A stretch of DNA of 64,000 nucleotides from Saccostrea echinata. Taxonomy: Eukaryota. Each line of letters opens with the position of its first letter. Positions within the stretch are counted from its first letter, which is position 1. This document shows positions 52,517-64,000 of this stretch, in pieces. The translations under genes were made by a program, and so were the position numbers. Location of the stretch: the NCBI RefSeq assembly GCF_033153115.1, contig NW_026889753.1:2232001-2296000 (forward strand), written 5' to 3'. The notes beneath the pieces are model-generated. The model was not told the DNA's origin and made no database searches. It saw only the letters and a list, made by a program, of their open reading frames with translations.

Positions 52517-54133
52517 TATTGCTTACAGTCCAATCAAGACTTCAGTTTTATCAGATTGTTTGACTAATTATCCTGACACAGAAAATGCACATGAACTATT
52601 GCAAGGGTTTCAATTTGGTTTTAAATTAAATTACCAAGGTCCTAGACAGCCATACAACTGTAAAAATCTTAAGTCTTTGAGTTCACTTACTACAGAAGCC
52701 ATACAATTAGTCAATAAAGAAATAAGTTTAGGTCGGGTTGCTGGCCCATTTTTCTGCCCTCCATTTCTCAACCTAAGACTGTCCCCCATAGGTATGGTAC
52801 CTAAAAAAGATGGTACATTTCGTCTTATTCATCATTTGTCCACCCATTTGGTGATAGTGTGAATGACTTCATTGATCCTCAGTATTGTTCAGTTAAATAC
52901 ACATCATTTGATGAAGCTTTGAGAATGTTGGAAAAGTTAGGTCCAGGAACTTTTATGGCTCGTTTAGACATTAAGAATGCTTTCCGTTTGCTACCAGTTC
53001 ATCCCTCTGATTTTGAGTTGCTAGGGTACAAAATCAACAGCAGTATTTATATCGACAAGTGTATGCCATTTGGCTGTTCTGTGAGTTGTGCTAAATTTGA
53101 AAAGTTTGCTTCCTTTCTGGAATGGTGTTTAAAACAAAAGAGTCAATCTGATAATGTAGTCCACTATTTGGATGATTTTTTACTAGCAGGTGCATCTGGG
53201 ACAAAGCAGTGTCATTATTTAGTCTCAACATTTACCAATCTATGCAATGATCTGGGGGTCCCATTAGCCCACGAAAAAACCTTAGGTCCTACAACAAAAT
53301 TGGTATTTTTAGGCTTGGAAATTGATACAGTCACAGAGACTGTTAGTATCCCCTCAGAGAAGCTGGGTCAGCTTTATGATCAGCTCAGTTATTTCCTATC
53401 TGGTAAAAAAGTTACACTTAGGGAAATCCAGTCCCTCACTGGCCTTCTAAATTTCTGCATTAGGGCAATTCCAGCGGATCGAGCATTCATCAGGCGCTTG
53501 TATGATGCCACTGTTGGGCTTAGCAAGCCTTATCACAAGAGACGCGTTACTCAGGAAATGAAGCAAGACATACAAATTTGGTTAATGTTCCTAGAAACTT
53601 TCAATGGTACAACATCATATAGACAAGTAGACTGGGCCAGTGACTTTCAATTAGAGTTGTATACAGATAGCGCTGGTTCGGATAAACTAGGGTGTGGGGC
53701 TATTTTTGGAACTCAATTGGCTTTTTTAACATGGCCAGAATCTTGGCAAGGGACTAGCATATTAAAGGACATTACCTTTTTGGAACTGGTACCCATAGCA
53801 ATGGCATTGTCTATTTGGGGAGATCAGTTGGGGGAAAAGCGAGTTATTTTACATACTGACAATATTGCACTTGTCACTATTTTAAATACTAAAACATCCA
53901 AATCACACAGAGTTATGCATCTCTTAAGGGTTTTGGTCTTGAAGGGCCTCATGCACAATATTCAATTTAAAGGGCAGCATATTAGGGGAGTGAAAAATGT
54001 TAAGGCTGATTCTCTTTCTCGTCTTCAGTGGCACAGATTCAGACAGGTCTTTCCAGAAGCCGACCAACTACCTACGACAGTCCCAGAATCATTTCTCAGA
54101 CTCATCTACAACATCGAGCCCAAGAATTGTTAA
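52443..54133 (+). pseudogene. Ngaro RT/RNase H ORF2 with a frameshift near 52840
   Basis: VPKKDGTFRLIHHLS / SVNDFI in different frames; LDIKNAFR, MPFG, YLDD; RNase H LYTDSAG, LEL, TDN, ADSLSR. Confidence 0.9.
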
Positions 54134-54993
54134 ACTTTTCCCTATCAGTAAACACGAAAAAGCTATATCAGGCAGCATTGCAGCAGTTCAGTTATTTCTG
54201 CGAAGTGTACAAGTGTAATCAATGTTGGCCACCAAATTCTAAAGACCTAATTCATTTTGTAGCTTATCTTTCATTTAAGCAGTTCTCTCCAAGCACAGTT
54301 AAAACATATATGGCTGCAATATCTTATTTTTGCAGAATCCAAGGTTTACTAGATACAACAAAATCGTTTATGTTACAGAAGGTTCTACTTGGGTGGGGTC
54401 GCGTTAGCGCTAGGAAGGACATTCGCAAACCTATCACTATCAACATACTTCAAAGCATTTTGTCTATCCTCCCCTAAGTATGTAGATCTGACTATGAGTC
54501 GGTGTTATTTAGTACACTGTTTTGCTCGGCATTTTTTGGTTACTTTAGAATTGGGGAGCTTGTTCAGGATTCTAAAGACCAACCCGGTCATGCTATCCAA
54601 GCAAGTGATGTCAGATTAACAACCAACAATACTATTGTAATGTCCTTAAGTCACTCCAAAACTGATCAAGAAGGGAATGGGGCCACAATCACATTAATTC
54701 CTTCTAGTCCAATCTGCCCAATTCAGTTTCTGCGCAAATATTTACTTTTAAGACCACATGCTAATGGGGCTTTTTTCATTCATCTGTCGGGCTGTCCAGT
54801 GACCAGTTATCAGGCAGAGTCTGTATTTAAAAAGGCTATAGAAATGCTAGGCTTAGATACTAAAACTTACAAGACCCATTCCTTCCGTATTGGTGCTGCT
54901 TCCCATGCTTGGGCTAGTGGTACAAGTCAGCAAGATATAGCGGTCAAGGGTCGTTGGAAATCTCAATGTATGTACCGTTATTTTAGAAAATGA
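54028..54993 (+). pseudogene. Ngaro tyrosine recombinase ORF3 with an in-frame stop (54475-54477)
   Basis: FFGYFRIGEL, HSKTDQ, HSFRIGAAS and GRWKS..MYRY catalytic motifs. Confidence 0.9.
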
Positions 54994-55173
54994 GCTTTTA
55001 AATGTCATATGGTGCAAAATGTGCAGTTCAGCAAGTTAAGGTAGCTTTACCTTTACTGACTAAGACTACAGTTTTTCTTTTATGTATGCTCAGGTGTAGG
55101 AGTGAAATATTGAGTACAGAAATTTTTGTATTCTTCCTTTTTTCTTGTTTTTCAACATGATTTTGTATTGTAG

Positions 55174-55804
55174 ATATTAGAATTTGGATTGTGGGTTCTT
55201 CCATTATTAAAAGGGCCTTTTGCCAGGCAAGGCAATCAGATTTTAGAGCCAACCTTGAACTAGAAAGGCATCATGCATCCATATTTTGGCAGGGTAAGGG
55301 GGGTATGAGATGGGCTGAAGTTATGCCAAAGGTTAAATTCTTATTAAAATTAGAAGACCCTCCTCAGATTTTAGTATTGCATTGTGGAGGCAACAATATT
55401 CCTGATGCTAGGGGTGACAAGTCAATCAAATTAAGATTAAATATTAACACAACCTTGGTCAGCTTGGCTAAGCTGTTGCCAGATACCATTTTAGTGTGGT
55501 CTCAAATCCTCCCCCGCCAGCATTGGCGTGGCGGTATTAACCAAAAAGCCTTGGACAAGGTTAGAAAACGCCTGAATAGTTTCATTGCTACGACATTAAT
55601 TAGGTCCGGGGGGGAGTATATTCGTTATCCCTAAATACACTTGGCAAGTCCAGAATTGTTTGCTCCCGATGGAGTGCACTTGTCCGAGCTTGGCAACCGT
55701 TTGTTTTTGTATCGCCTTCAACAAGGCTTGCAGACATTTTTAACAAATCCTTCTGAAAAATTGTCACCAAAACTAGGGGAGTTTGGGCCTTGGCTGCGCT
55801 ATGA
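55174..55804 (+). pseudogene. SGNH/GDSL hydrolase ORF4 of the Ngaro element, frameshifted near 55632
   Basis: IWIVGSSII (block I), GKGG (block II), LHCGGNN (block III), DGVHLS (block V, in the shifted frame); preceded by a splice acceptor. Confidence 0.75.
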
Positions 55805-58164
55805 CTAGTTAGTGGGTCATAGTTTGCCACAAATTGGTGGCTGCATTGAATTTATGAGTGCTACTCATTTGCATTTACATACCCAGTTTTGTTGAAATTT
55901 GCAATGCAGGCGATGCTTTCGCCATTAAAAAATTGTCTTGGCAAACTGCAATTTTTTCTTGTTATTACCTGCTGTTAATTGGGAATGCATTATTTGTTTT
56001 GTTTGGGGATGGGGGGTTTTCTATCGAAGCTACTGGTGGCGCAGACTATGCCACCGCATAGTCTCGTGGCGGCTTTCAGGCTTACCAGTAGGCTCAATGG
56101 ACTTGCTTGATATATATCCGATTATTTTGTCTGAAACTCTATTATTATGCTGTGAACATCTGTTCCCAGGGTTCACCATTTGCATTTTAAGGGATGCCAT
56201 ATAAGGCTATATATTGATGCCTCGGCTCCCTCATTTTAAGCGGCCATGGCCCATTCAGCCAAATAAAAACAAATTCAATTTGATATTTTCTTGTTGTAAT
56301 TACTTACTTTATTTACTGGGTATACTGGCACTCCCTGTTAACTTTCATCTTTGATAAATATTGTTTAAATAAATTCCTATTACCAATGACTGTATTCCTT
56401 GAAAAATATACGTCTTTGAATCAGTAAATATCTTGCATACAAATACAAATTTTATATTTCTGGAAAATAAGAACACAATTTAGCCGATTCTAAAATAAAT
56501 AAATGGTTCCATGGTTGACCATCTGACGATTAATTTTAAATGATAGGAGCTAATTGTAGAGCCGAATTAGGGTTCATTTCCTCATTATATGAGTATTTAT
56601 ATAATGATTTTTATGTTAAAGATCAAATTTTAGTGGTAACGTTTCCGCATTCCTGACACATCTGTAAACATTAATTAATTATTTTTCAATCCAGGGAAAC
56701 CAAAGTTCAAAATAATTTTATTTTGATGATTCCATGGATCACTTTCGACAAGATATTTATTTTTAGTCGAGTTAAAAAAGGGCTTTGTCATATTTTTGAT
56801 GCAAGAAAGTAATATTTTTAAGCTTGGTATTATTTGTCTATATTTTAATAATGCAATTTATTTCAAATTAATGTGCATGATTTTCTATCCTGAATAATTT
56901 GATTCAGATTTATTCTTCGATTAAAGAGAACAATGAAAATTAAATCATATCAAAATTTCACATACAGAAAGATATACAAAGTACCTACCTTATCCTCTTC
57001 CTTTTTTTACTGATTATAATTTGATATGATATGATATTATATATGCATATATACGATTTTCTGTGGTAAGGCATTGGAGTTAATTTTAATAAGTGTGTTT
57101 TGATTTTTTGCTAATTTTATTTTCAATCTTTTAGTGAAACAAGAGTTTGATGAAAGAAATATTCAATCACAAAAATGGAGATTCTTTTTATATATATATT
57201 TTTGTAATTTATTGGTTATCATCCCGCCCCCTTAATTTTCCATTCTGTCTTGTTCCGCGTAATTATGCAGCTAAAATAGTGTTTGTTAAAAGAGGACCAA
57301 GGTGTCATTTTGAAGTATATGATCTTCTACTTGTATTTAAATGATTTCATTAATTAAAAAAAATTGAGATTATACCTAGAATTTCCATGTTTGCAAATTT
57401 ACAAAGGTGTATAGATTTATTTACAAAATAAACAAGACCCTTGAAAGAGAAAGTGTTGGATATGAAAAATATATCCACTGAGTGTTATTTATAAGATAAA
57501 GTGTAAACAGGTCATAAAATAGTTTTTAAAATGCCTTGAAAAATCCCTATATTATATATGAAAAACACTCTTCGATATTGTTCGCTTCATTGCAGGGTCG
57601 TGAAACTGGGAGGATTTACCTATATTGATATCTATAAAATATATATTTTAAAATATTATAATTGCAATTGATTATAAACATTTTATTAAGATTTCCAAAG
57701 ATAAACAAAATGACATCTGAGAATGAGTTCAATGCCCATTTGAATTATATAAACATTTATTCTTCATTGCTCTGGTTTAAAATAGATGTAGAAATTTACA
57801 GGCACTAAGGTTCAGAAATATTTATGTCTCATGAAAATTTTCATCATACAATGAATGAATGAAGCATTATGACTGAATGTATATAAATTAAACTACTAAG
57901 TTTTTGCTAGGTCTTGGAAATTCTCAGATAAAAGAATATTAAATCTGTACTCGAAATGTATCCATGTTTCATGTCTGTTGTATTGTAGGAGTCGAAATCT
58001 GTTGGAAGTTTATTAATATTTAAAATATAAATTATGGTTAGTTTAAAAGAGCAGCAATGTTATATGTATTTCTGCCAACTGAAATTTGATATAAAAAATT
58101 CAACCTATTTCAGAGCATGTTTTATGAGAATCAAATGCTTTATTAGTAATGGTCGAGTGTAAAT

Positions 58165-58570
58165 TTCATGACTTCAGCTTTTCCATCGTCAACTTTCCTT
58201 ATTTATATAGCAACATTCCAAGTTCACATACGGCAAAAGGTGATTATGATTCCCACTGATTCGATACGTAAGAGCATGCCCTGAATATGATCAATTCTAA
58301 TGAGGCAAGCTTCTGTTAAAAAAGTTGATGTTACAAGGATTTCAACAACCCTATTTAAAGTAATCTTTTTCGCGAATTGCACGGTAGTAATAATGACCTT
58401 GTTTGTAAATGAAACCTATCGTTGGATCGTATTTTTCTGACGTTTCATACCATTTGTCATAGCTTTATTACTCCTCTTTGGCACCTGATCCCACCTCTGG
58501 TGTTTCCAGGGGTCCATCTTTTGCCCTGTTCACGATTTGTTTTGTTTACTGGATTTATGAGATCTATCAC
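58165..58570 (+). mobile_element. Penelope-like retroelement 3' fragment
   Basis: Remnant DFSFSIVNFPYLYSNIP...LIRYVRAC, plus the terminal motif GGCACCTGATCCCACCTCT (related copies on the opposite strand at ~6690 and ~33570). Confidence 0.65.
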
Positions 58571-59559
58571 TTTTACATTAAATAGATACAATCACTCTTA
58601 CGTTTGTCGAATTAAAGCTCCAAGACTGCCAAACTCACATTAAAGATGAGTCAGTCAAGAAAAAAATATAATGTTCTGTTAACGATTTGAATTTATAGGG
58701 TAGAGGACAACGTAAATTGATATTTCTGTCAAGTTTATTCATGCATAATTGTCATTGTTGGATTTTAAATCCTTGAGGAATTTTGACATTGACAGGTTTC
58801 TTGGTATAAAAGAATGACATGAGCTGTTTGATTGGAGAATCGCTTGGTTTGCTATTGTTGAGCAGTGCAATACCGAGAATACACAAACTCAAGCTTGGCC
58901 CATTACTATTATGTACATATGTACCACATGAAATCAAAGGAATACGAAGCAAATCAAGCAGGGTTTTGAATACAGTCAAACCTTGTTATCTCGAGCTCGC
59001 TGGAACCGAGAAAAAATTCCCAGTTATCCTAGAATGTGAGATTTTGAAAATAAAATACTTAAAGATACTTAAAGATAAAATGATAGAATTTGGTCAATAG
59101 GAGTGTTCCTTCGGAAGTAGCCCAACAGCATCTGCCATTTTAATAGATACGTTATAAGAGCCGCTTCATCAGGGGTCTACCTTATGCGCACATCAATCAA
59201 TCTCTGAATTTCGTTTGATTTTCATTTTAATCTAGTGATCAAACCACATATGTGTTCCCGTATTTACTGTATGCAACCTTAGGAGGAGTTGTGAATACTT
59301 ACAAACTTAACTATGTTGTATGTAATTCCATTATCTAACAAGTCTTTTCTTATCCCCTTTCTTTAGCCATTAAAAAAAAAGATCCGGTCTATTTGCAGAA
59401 TTAATTTTTTGCATGGTAAGTTCTATTTCTGATTGTTTATATCTTTTTTTCCAAATAGGTATTGAAATCATTAAATATAATTTGAAATACGAAAGAAGAC
59501 ACATGAGATTCAGCCCCTTTCTCATTTCACTTTTAACCTTTGCTGGTTGATATTAGGGT

Positions 59560-60160
59560 TAGGAATGTTAAGTAGTTTCAGATGTATTTTGTCGTAAGAT
59601 TTGTATATTTTAGGAATCACTGTCTAGTTAGTAGAGTATGCCAGGGCATCAACGATAGTTGGAAACGTGGGATAATTTGCATAACGTTTGAAGACAGTGA
59701 TTCCTTATATTTCCATTGCATTGTGAAATAAATTTGTAAATTTAGATTTTAAAAATGTAGACTAATAGATTTAAATTACACGAGGTCTCCCATGTCAATT
59801 TGATAGTCCCCGCCCAGTGACGTCAAACACAAAGACAGCCGCACGAGCGTCAGACGCTAAGACATACGCACGAGATTAACATGCATATTAGGCCTCCTAT
59901 CGCTTGGCGAAATTTGCATCCCGGTAGAATGATCAAGAAATCAAGTCAATTAACTTTCAAAGAGTTATCACAGAGAAAACAAATAGAAATGGAAATATAT
60001 TTAAATATATATTGCACCTACGTGTACATGTATTTTGTCTTGTACATGTACAAATACATGATACTGCATGATAGTACATGTATTATTTTAGTCATTTAAT
60101 TTTCCGTACATGATATAGCTCCTCTATTTTGTCATTTGAGGGTTGATATTGGCCATCGTA
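59560..60160. mobile_element. Partial relative of the 12381-13632 foldback family
   Basis: Shares GAATGTTAAGTAGTTTCA.ATGTATTTTGTC.TAAGATTTGTA and the terminal GGCCATCGTA. Confidence 0.5.
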
Positions 60161-60988
60161 CTAAAACGATATCAAGTTTTAAACAGAATGTTTAAGAAGT
60201 TCATCACTCTTCGGTTGCCACAGTGCAATCTTGCAATAGCCGTGTGTTGTCTATTAAATGTCGCGTTTACTCTAAGATGAAATTTTATCTTTATTTTGTC
60301 TAGTCAAAGTACTTTTTTTCTCAATAAAAACAACATTTTTTGAATTTTTTTTCTATTAACCGAACATATCCAAGGAACACCTGGTAGACACCTTGCCGAC
60401 TGCCCTAACTCTTCTAAAGTCAAACGCTGCATACCCAGTCATGTTCTTTCTGAGTTTTTATTGAATGCAAATACATGTATAAAAACACAATTTAAAAGAA
60501 ATAGATGGAAATTTATTCCTTTAAAAATGCAAGCAAAATGTTCATGCATTCAATGAAATAGTTATACTTCGGTTATCGTTTAGTAACTAGTATTAACCAG
60601 CTCGGGCATTTAAACATCTTACTTTTAATCATGTTTATATATTAGATACATCTTAAACAATTTTTGAAAAAGTAAAAAAAAGTAAAAAATTATTTTCGAT
60701 GATGGGTTTAAGTAATATTATCAAGTATATATTATATATTTTGCTTATACAAATATAATTGATAATCTATCCGATTGAATTCTTATGTAAGATTGCAGAC
60801 GTGGAAATAAGAACATGTAGGCGCCCCAAAAATTCTTCTTCCAAAGTTATAGTAAAGTTGAACGTAAAATCATAGGTATTTGATTGCTTTAATTGATATT
60901 TCTAATAGAAGTTAAAGAGACTAAGTGCTTCTTTCTAAATGCAATCTTTATAGAAGAAATCTTTAAGGTTAGGGGTAGGGGCTGATAT

Positions 60989-63316
60989 GGGTGAATTAAA
61001 AAAAAATGACCAAACGCATATTTATCAACCCACACTAAAAATACAGGCAATGAAAATAGATTTCTATGTCTCAGCATATGTCTTTAGATAGTGTCTAAAT
61101 ACCTGCCAAATATCTCGTTGATATCTCAATTAACAAAAAAGTTATGCCCAAAAATGATGCTAAAATTGTCAGGAGTGCAACACCTTTTTGTGACATTTTG
61201 AAATTTCAATATTTTTTGGAGATCTGTGAAATAAAAAATAATGCTTCATGTTGAAAATAGAGACTTTCCTGATAATATTCAAAGTATTGAGCTTTAAATG
61301 TGGACTGTTGAAACTTTTGTTTAATCAAGTTGTGGTCATGGCTGATGTTTAAAAAAATGTTATACCATGTCAGGAGTGCAACAGAAAAACTGTAGTGTTG
61401 CCAAAAAAACATCGATTGTAAAATTCTGATAGAAAATTAAGACAAAAAAGAATTTTGGAAGTGTAAAATAATAACTGATATACATTTTAAAACTTAAAAA
61501 TGTTATATAAATCATAAGCAGCATTAATGAGAGTCAAGTATATGTGCATACCCAAAAATGTCAGGAGTGCAACATTTGATGTTTTGCTTCCAAGCATGAA
61601 AAAACTATTATCATTATATGATTTTCTGATTTTTATTTTGGAAAATAAAGACACAAAGAACATCTTTACCAAATAGATTTATCAATTACCGGATCTGTCT
61701 GTGCTTCAGATCCATATTTCTATGGTCAGGAGTGCAACACATTTTTTTAAAGATTCAAGTATTGTGACAAAAAGACTTCTATTCATGCTTAGAAGTATTC
61801 ATTAATTAATGATGATCTTTTTGTATAATTTAATGCTATATTATTGACAGTTTTATTATCAAAATCCTTCCTTTTTCAATTTTATCAATTCAGATGTGTT
61901 TTTATCTTTTTGTGATTTTTTTAATGAACGTTAAAAATAAACACACTAAAACATTGTCATAAAATTCAAGTAATTCCTCCTCAACTTCACTGAAACAACA
62001 GAACAAGTTCTTATGTAATTTTCACTTCACAATTCTACTTTAAAGGCCCCAATGCTTTTGGTCAGGAGTGCAACAAATATGTTAGAATTATAAATCATCC
62101 AATAAGAATAAAAATAAAGAAAAAATGATGAGTAGAATTTTTCTGGTGGGTTACTGTGTTTGTCTTCTAAAGGAAAATATGCTTTAAAATATATTTTATC
62201 TTCTAAATATACATTTAAGCTAGTTTTTTGGCATAAAATAGGGTATAATTCCAGATAAAATGCGAATTTTAAATACTTTCATCTGTTTTAATTATGAAGT
62301 ATTGGACTATAAGTATTGCACATTTTCATTACCACTTGATGTTGCCAACACTTTATGAATTTTTGTGTTCTATGGTTTAAATTTTAAACTTTACTGCAGT
62401 CAGGAGTGCAACAAAACTGCTTCATAATTACCAATGCTTTTTAACTATCTTTTCTAAAAAATAAGTTGAAAAAAAATGCTTGATACTATTTGATGTTCAA
62501 AACACTATGTCTATCAACAAATTACAGAAATTCTACAGTCAATTCAGGGAATAATTTTCATCATATCACATATATTTTAAATACAATTTATATATATTAC
62601 ACTTTGCAAATAATCATGTTTTAAGGTCTTCAAAATATGAAAAACCTGCTGTAAACGATGAAAAATATCAACACGACAAATTGATTTAGAAAGTAAGAAT
62701 GGGTTATTGTGTGTTATAATTTTTAAAACAATGTTAAATAAAATACATATCAGATGTCAGGAGTGCAACACAATAATGTAACATAGGGTGACTTCAAAAT
62801 CTAGTATTTTTTGTAAGAGAACTCGTATATAACAATTCTTTTTTGGCTTAGATTTAAAGAATTGACTTGAACGGACAAAAAAGTGAATTTTGGGGAATTT
62901 TATTGCTTCATATTTTTTTCATATTAAAACTTTTCAAACCAGAATTGAAAAAATAATGTAAAATAACAATCAAAAAGCCAATTTTTTGTCACATGTACAA
63001 GAGAAGATACTCATTCAAGGTCTAGATTTAATCATTTATACCCCTTTTACCATTTTGAAGCATAAAATACTATAATTTCTTGTGATTATGTATTTTAGAA
63101 AGTCTTTTAAGGTGTAATGATATTTTCTTTTTTCAAAAGAAATTTTACTAATAAAATTTCTGAAACTTTTTAATCCAATTGTCTATTCTATTGCCACTTC
63201 AGGATTTTAAACTAGAATGCATTTGCAATATGATGATATAAGTGAAAAATATGTTATAAGTAGTTGAATTTTGCCAAAAAAATTCAGTTTGGTGGTCATT
63301 TTTTTTGAATTCACCC
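60989..63316. mobile_element. 2.3-kb non-autonomous TIR DNA transposon (Sola2- or ISL2EU-like ends) carrying seven copies of a 15-mer
   Basis: TIRs GGGTGAATTAAAAAAAAATGACC / GGTCATTTTTTTTGAATTCACCC flanked by ATAT on both sides; no transposase ORF. Confidence 0.75.
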
Positions 63317-64000
63317 ATATGGCAGCTATTTTGCATGATTTTTAAGAATAAAATACATTACCGGTATAATATTAACTTAAATTTCACCCACAAATGATAT
63401 TTCTTTCGCTCTCACTTTATCAAACTCTTGGCTTTGAAGATGTAAAATGTACTTTGAACCTAAACAAGAAATATCTGAATATTCTTATTTATTTAGAAAA
63501 AAGGCCTTTATTTTTCTTTGAAATTTAAAGATGAATTGATTCAATGAAAATGATTTTGGCAGAATGTCAAACATTTGACGTATTTACGGTATGAAATCCT
63601 TTAGGCCATTGACGTGACAGGGAACTTAAAAAAGAACAAGTCAGACAAAAATTTCCTTATTACTGAAACCACTAATATTATCAGTATTACGAGACTGACA
63701 ATAATCATGTAATATGATACACTTGTCCATAAAATATTAATATATTTATTTTTTCTGATCCGGCTTGTTGGGTAAATTCCTGTCAATAGTAACTTTAACT
63801 AATTTACTTATTATTGATAAAGGCAAGGGGTATTCACAATAATCTCTAAATTTCATCTTTTACGTGAACACAACAGTACGGTTCGTTCATTGGATATTGA
63901 CTGCCAATCAACACTGTTGTTTTGTTTTTGGATTAAATGTATCCTCAGTTCCGAAACTGTTTGTGAACAGCAACAATATTGTCTATTTTTTAATTTTAAA

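Larger units (their letters stand above)
51100..56270 (+). mobile_element. DIRS-order (Ngaro-like) tyrosine-recombinase retrotransposon, inactivated; boundaries approximate
   Basis: Overlapping gag-like, RT/RNase H and YR ORFs followed by an SGNH hydrolase ORF. Terminal repeats were not resolved. Confidence 0.85.

Noticed and set aside
51503-54993. Programmed readthrough or frameshifting in the Ngaro ORFs
   Set aside because: The stops and shift fall inside conserved domains without slippery sites; mutational decay or assembly error is more plausible.
61168-62770. CRISPR array
   Set aside because: Eukaryotic context, 15-nt repeat, 150-340-nt spacers and no cas genes; kept as a finding instead.

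Overview
AT-rich, intron-rich animal genomic DNA. The repeat content (Cg170-like satellite in a Helentron-type element, Deu/Meta-core SINEs, Penelope fragments) suggests a bivalve, most likely an oyster (inference). Genes reconstructed by hand from splice sites and reading frames, in order: 3' end of CFAP65 (+); a secreted two-EF-hand protein (-); a tandem pair of phospholipid scramblase paralogues (-); a ~24-exon SEL1L3-like gene (+); two divergently oriented TIR-only genes resembling TICAM/TRAM; and a 3-exon gene fusing a vWA domain to a degenerate plant-ET/HRT-type GIY-YIG-like domain. A decayed Ngaro/DIRS tyrosine-recombinase retrotransposon with an SGNH-hydrolase ORF spans about 51.1-56.3 kb. 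There are many MITEs, SINEs and foldbacks. The most unusual items are: the vWA-GIY-YIG fusion; the TICAM-like TIR pair; a triplicated ~80-nt structured motif with compensatory base changes between the TIR genes; and a 2.3-kb TIR element carrying seven perfect copies of a 15-mer separated by unique spacers. All family assignments come from motif recognition, not database searches.
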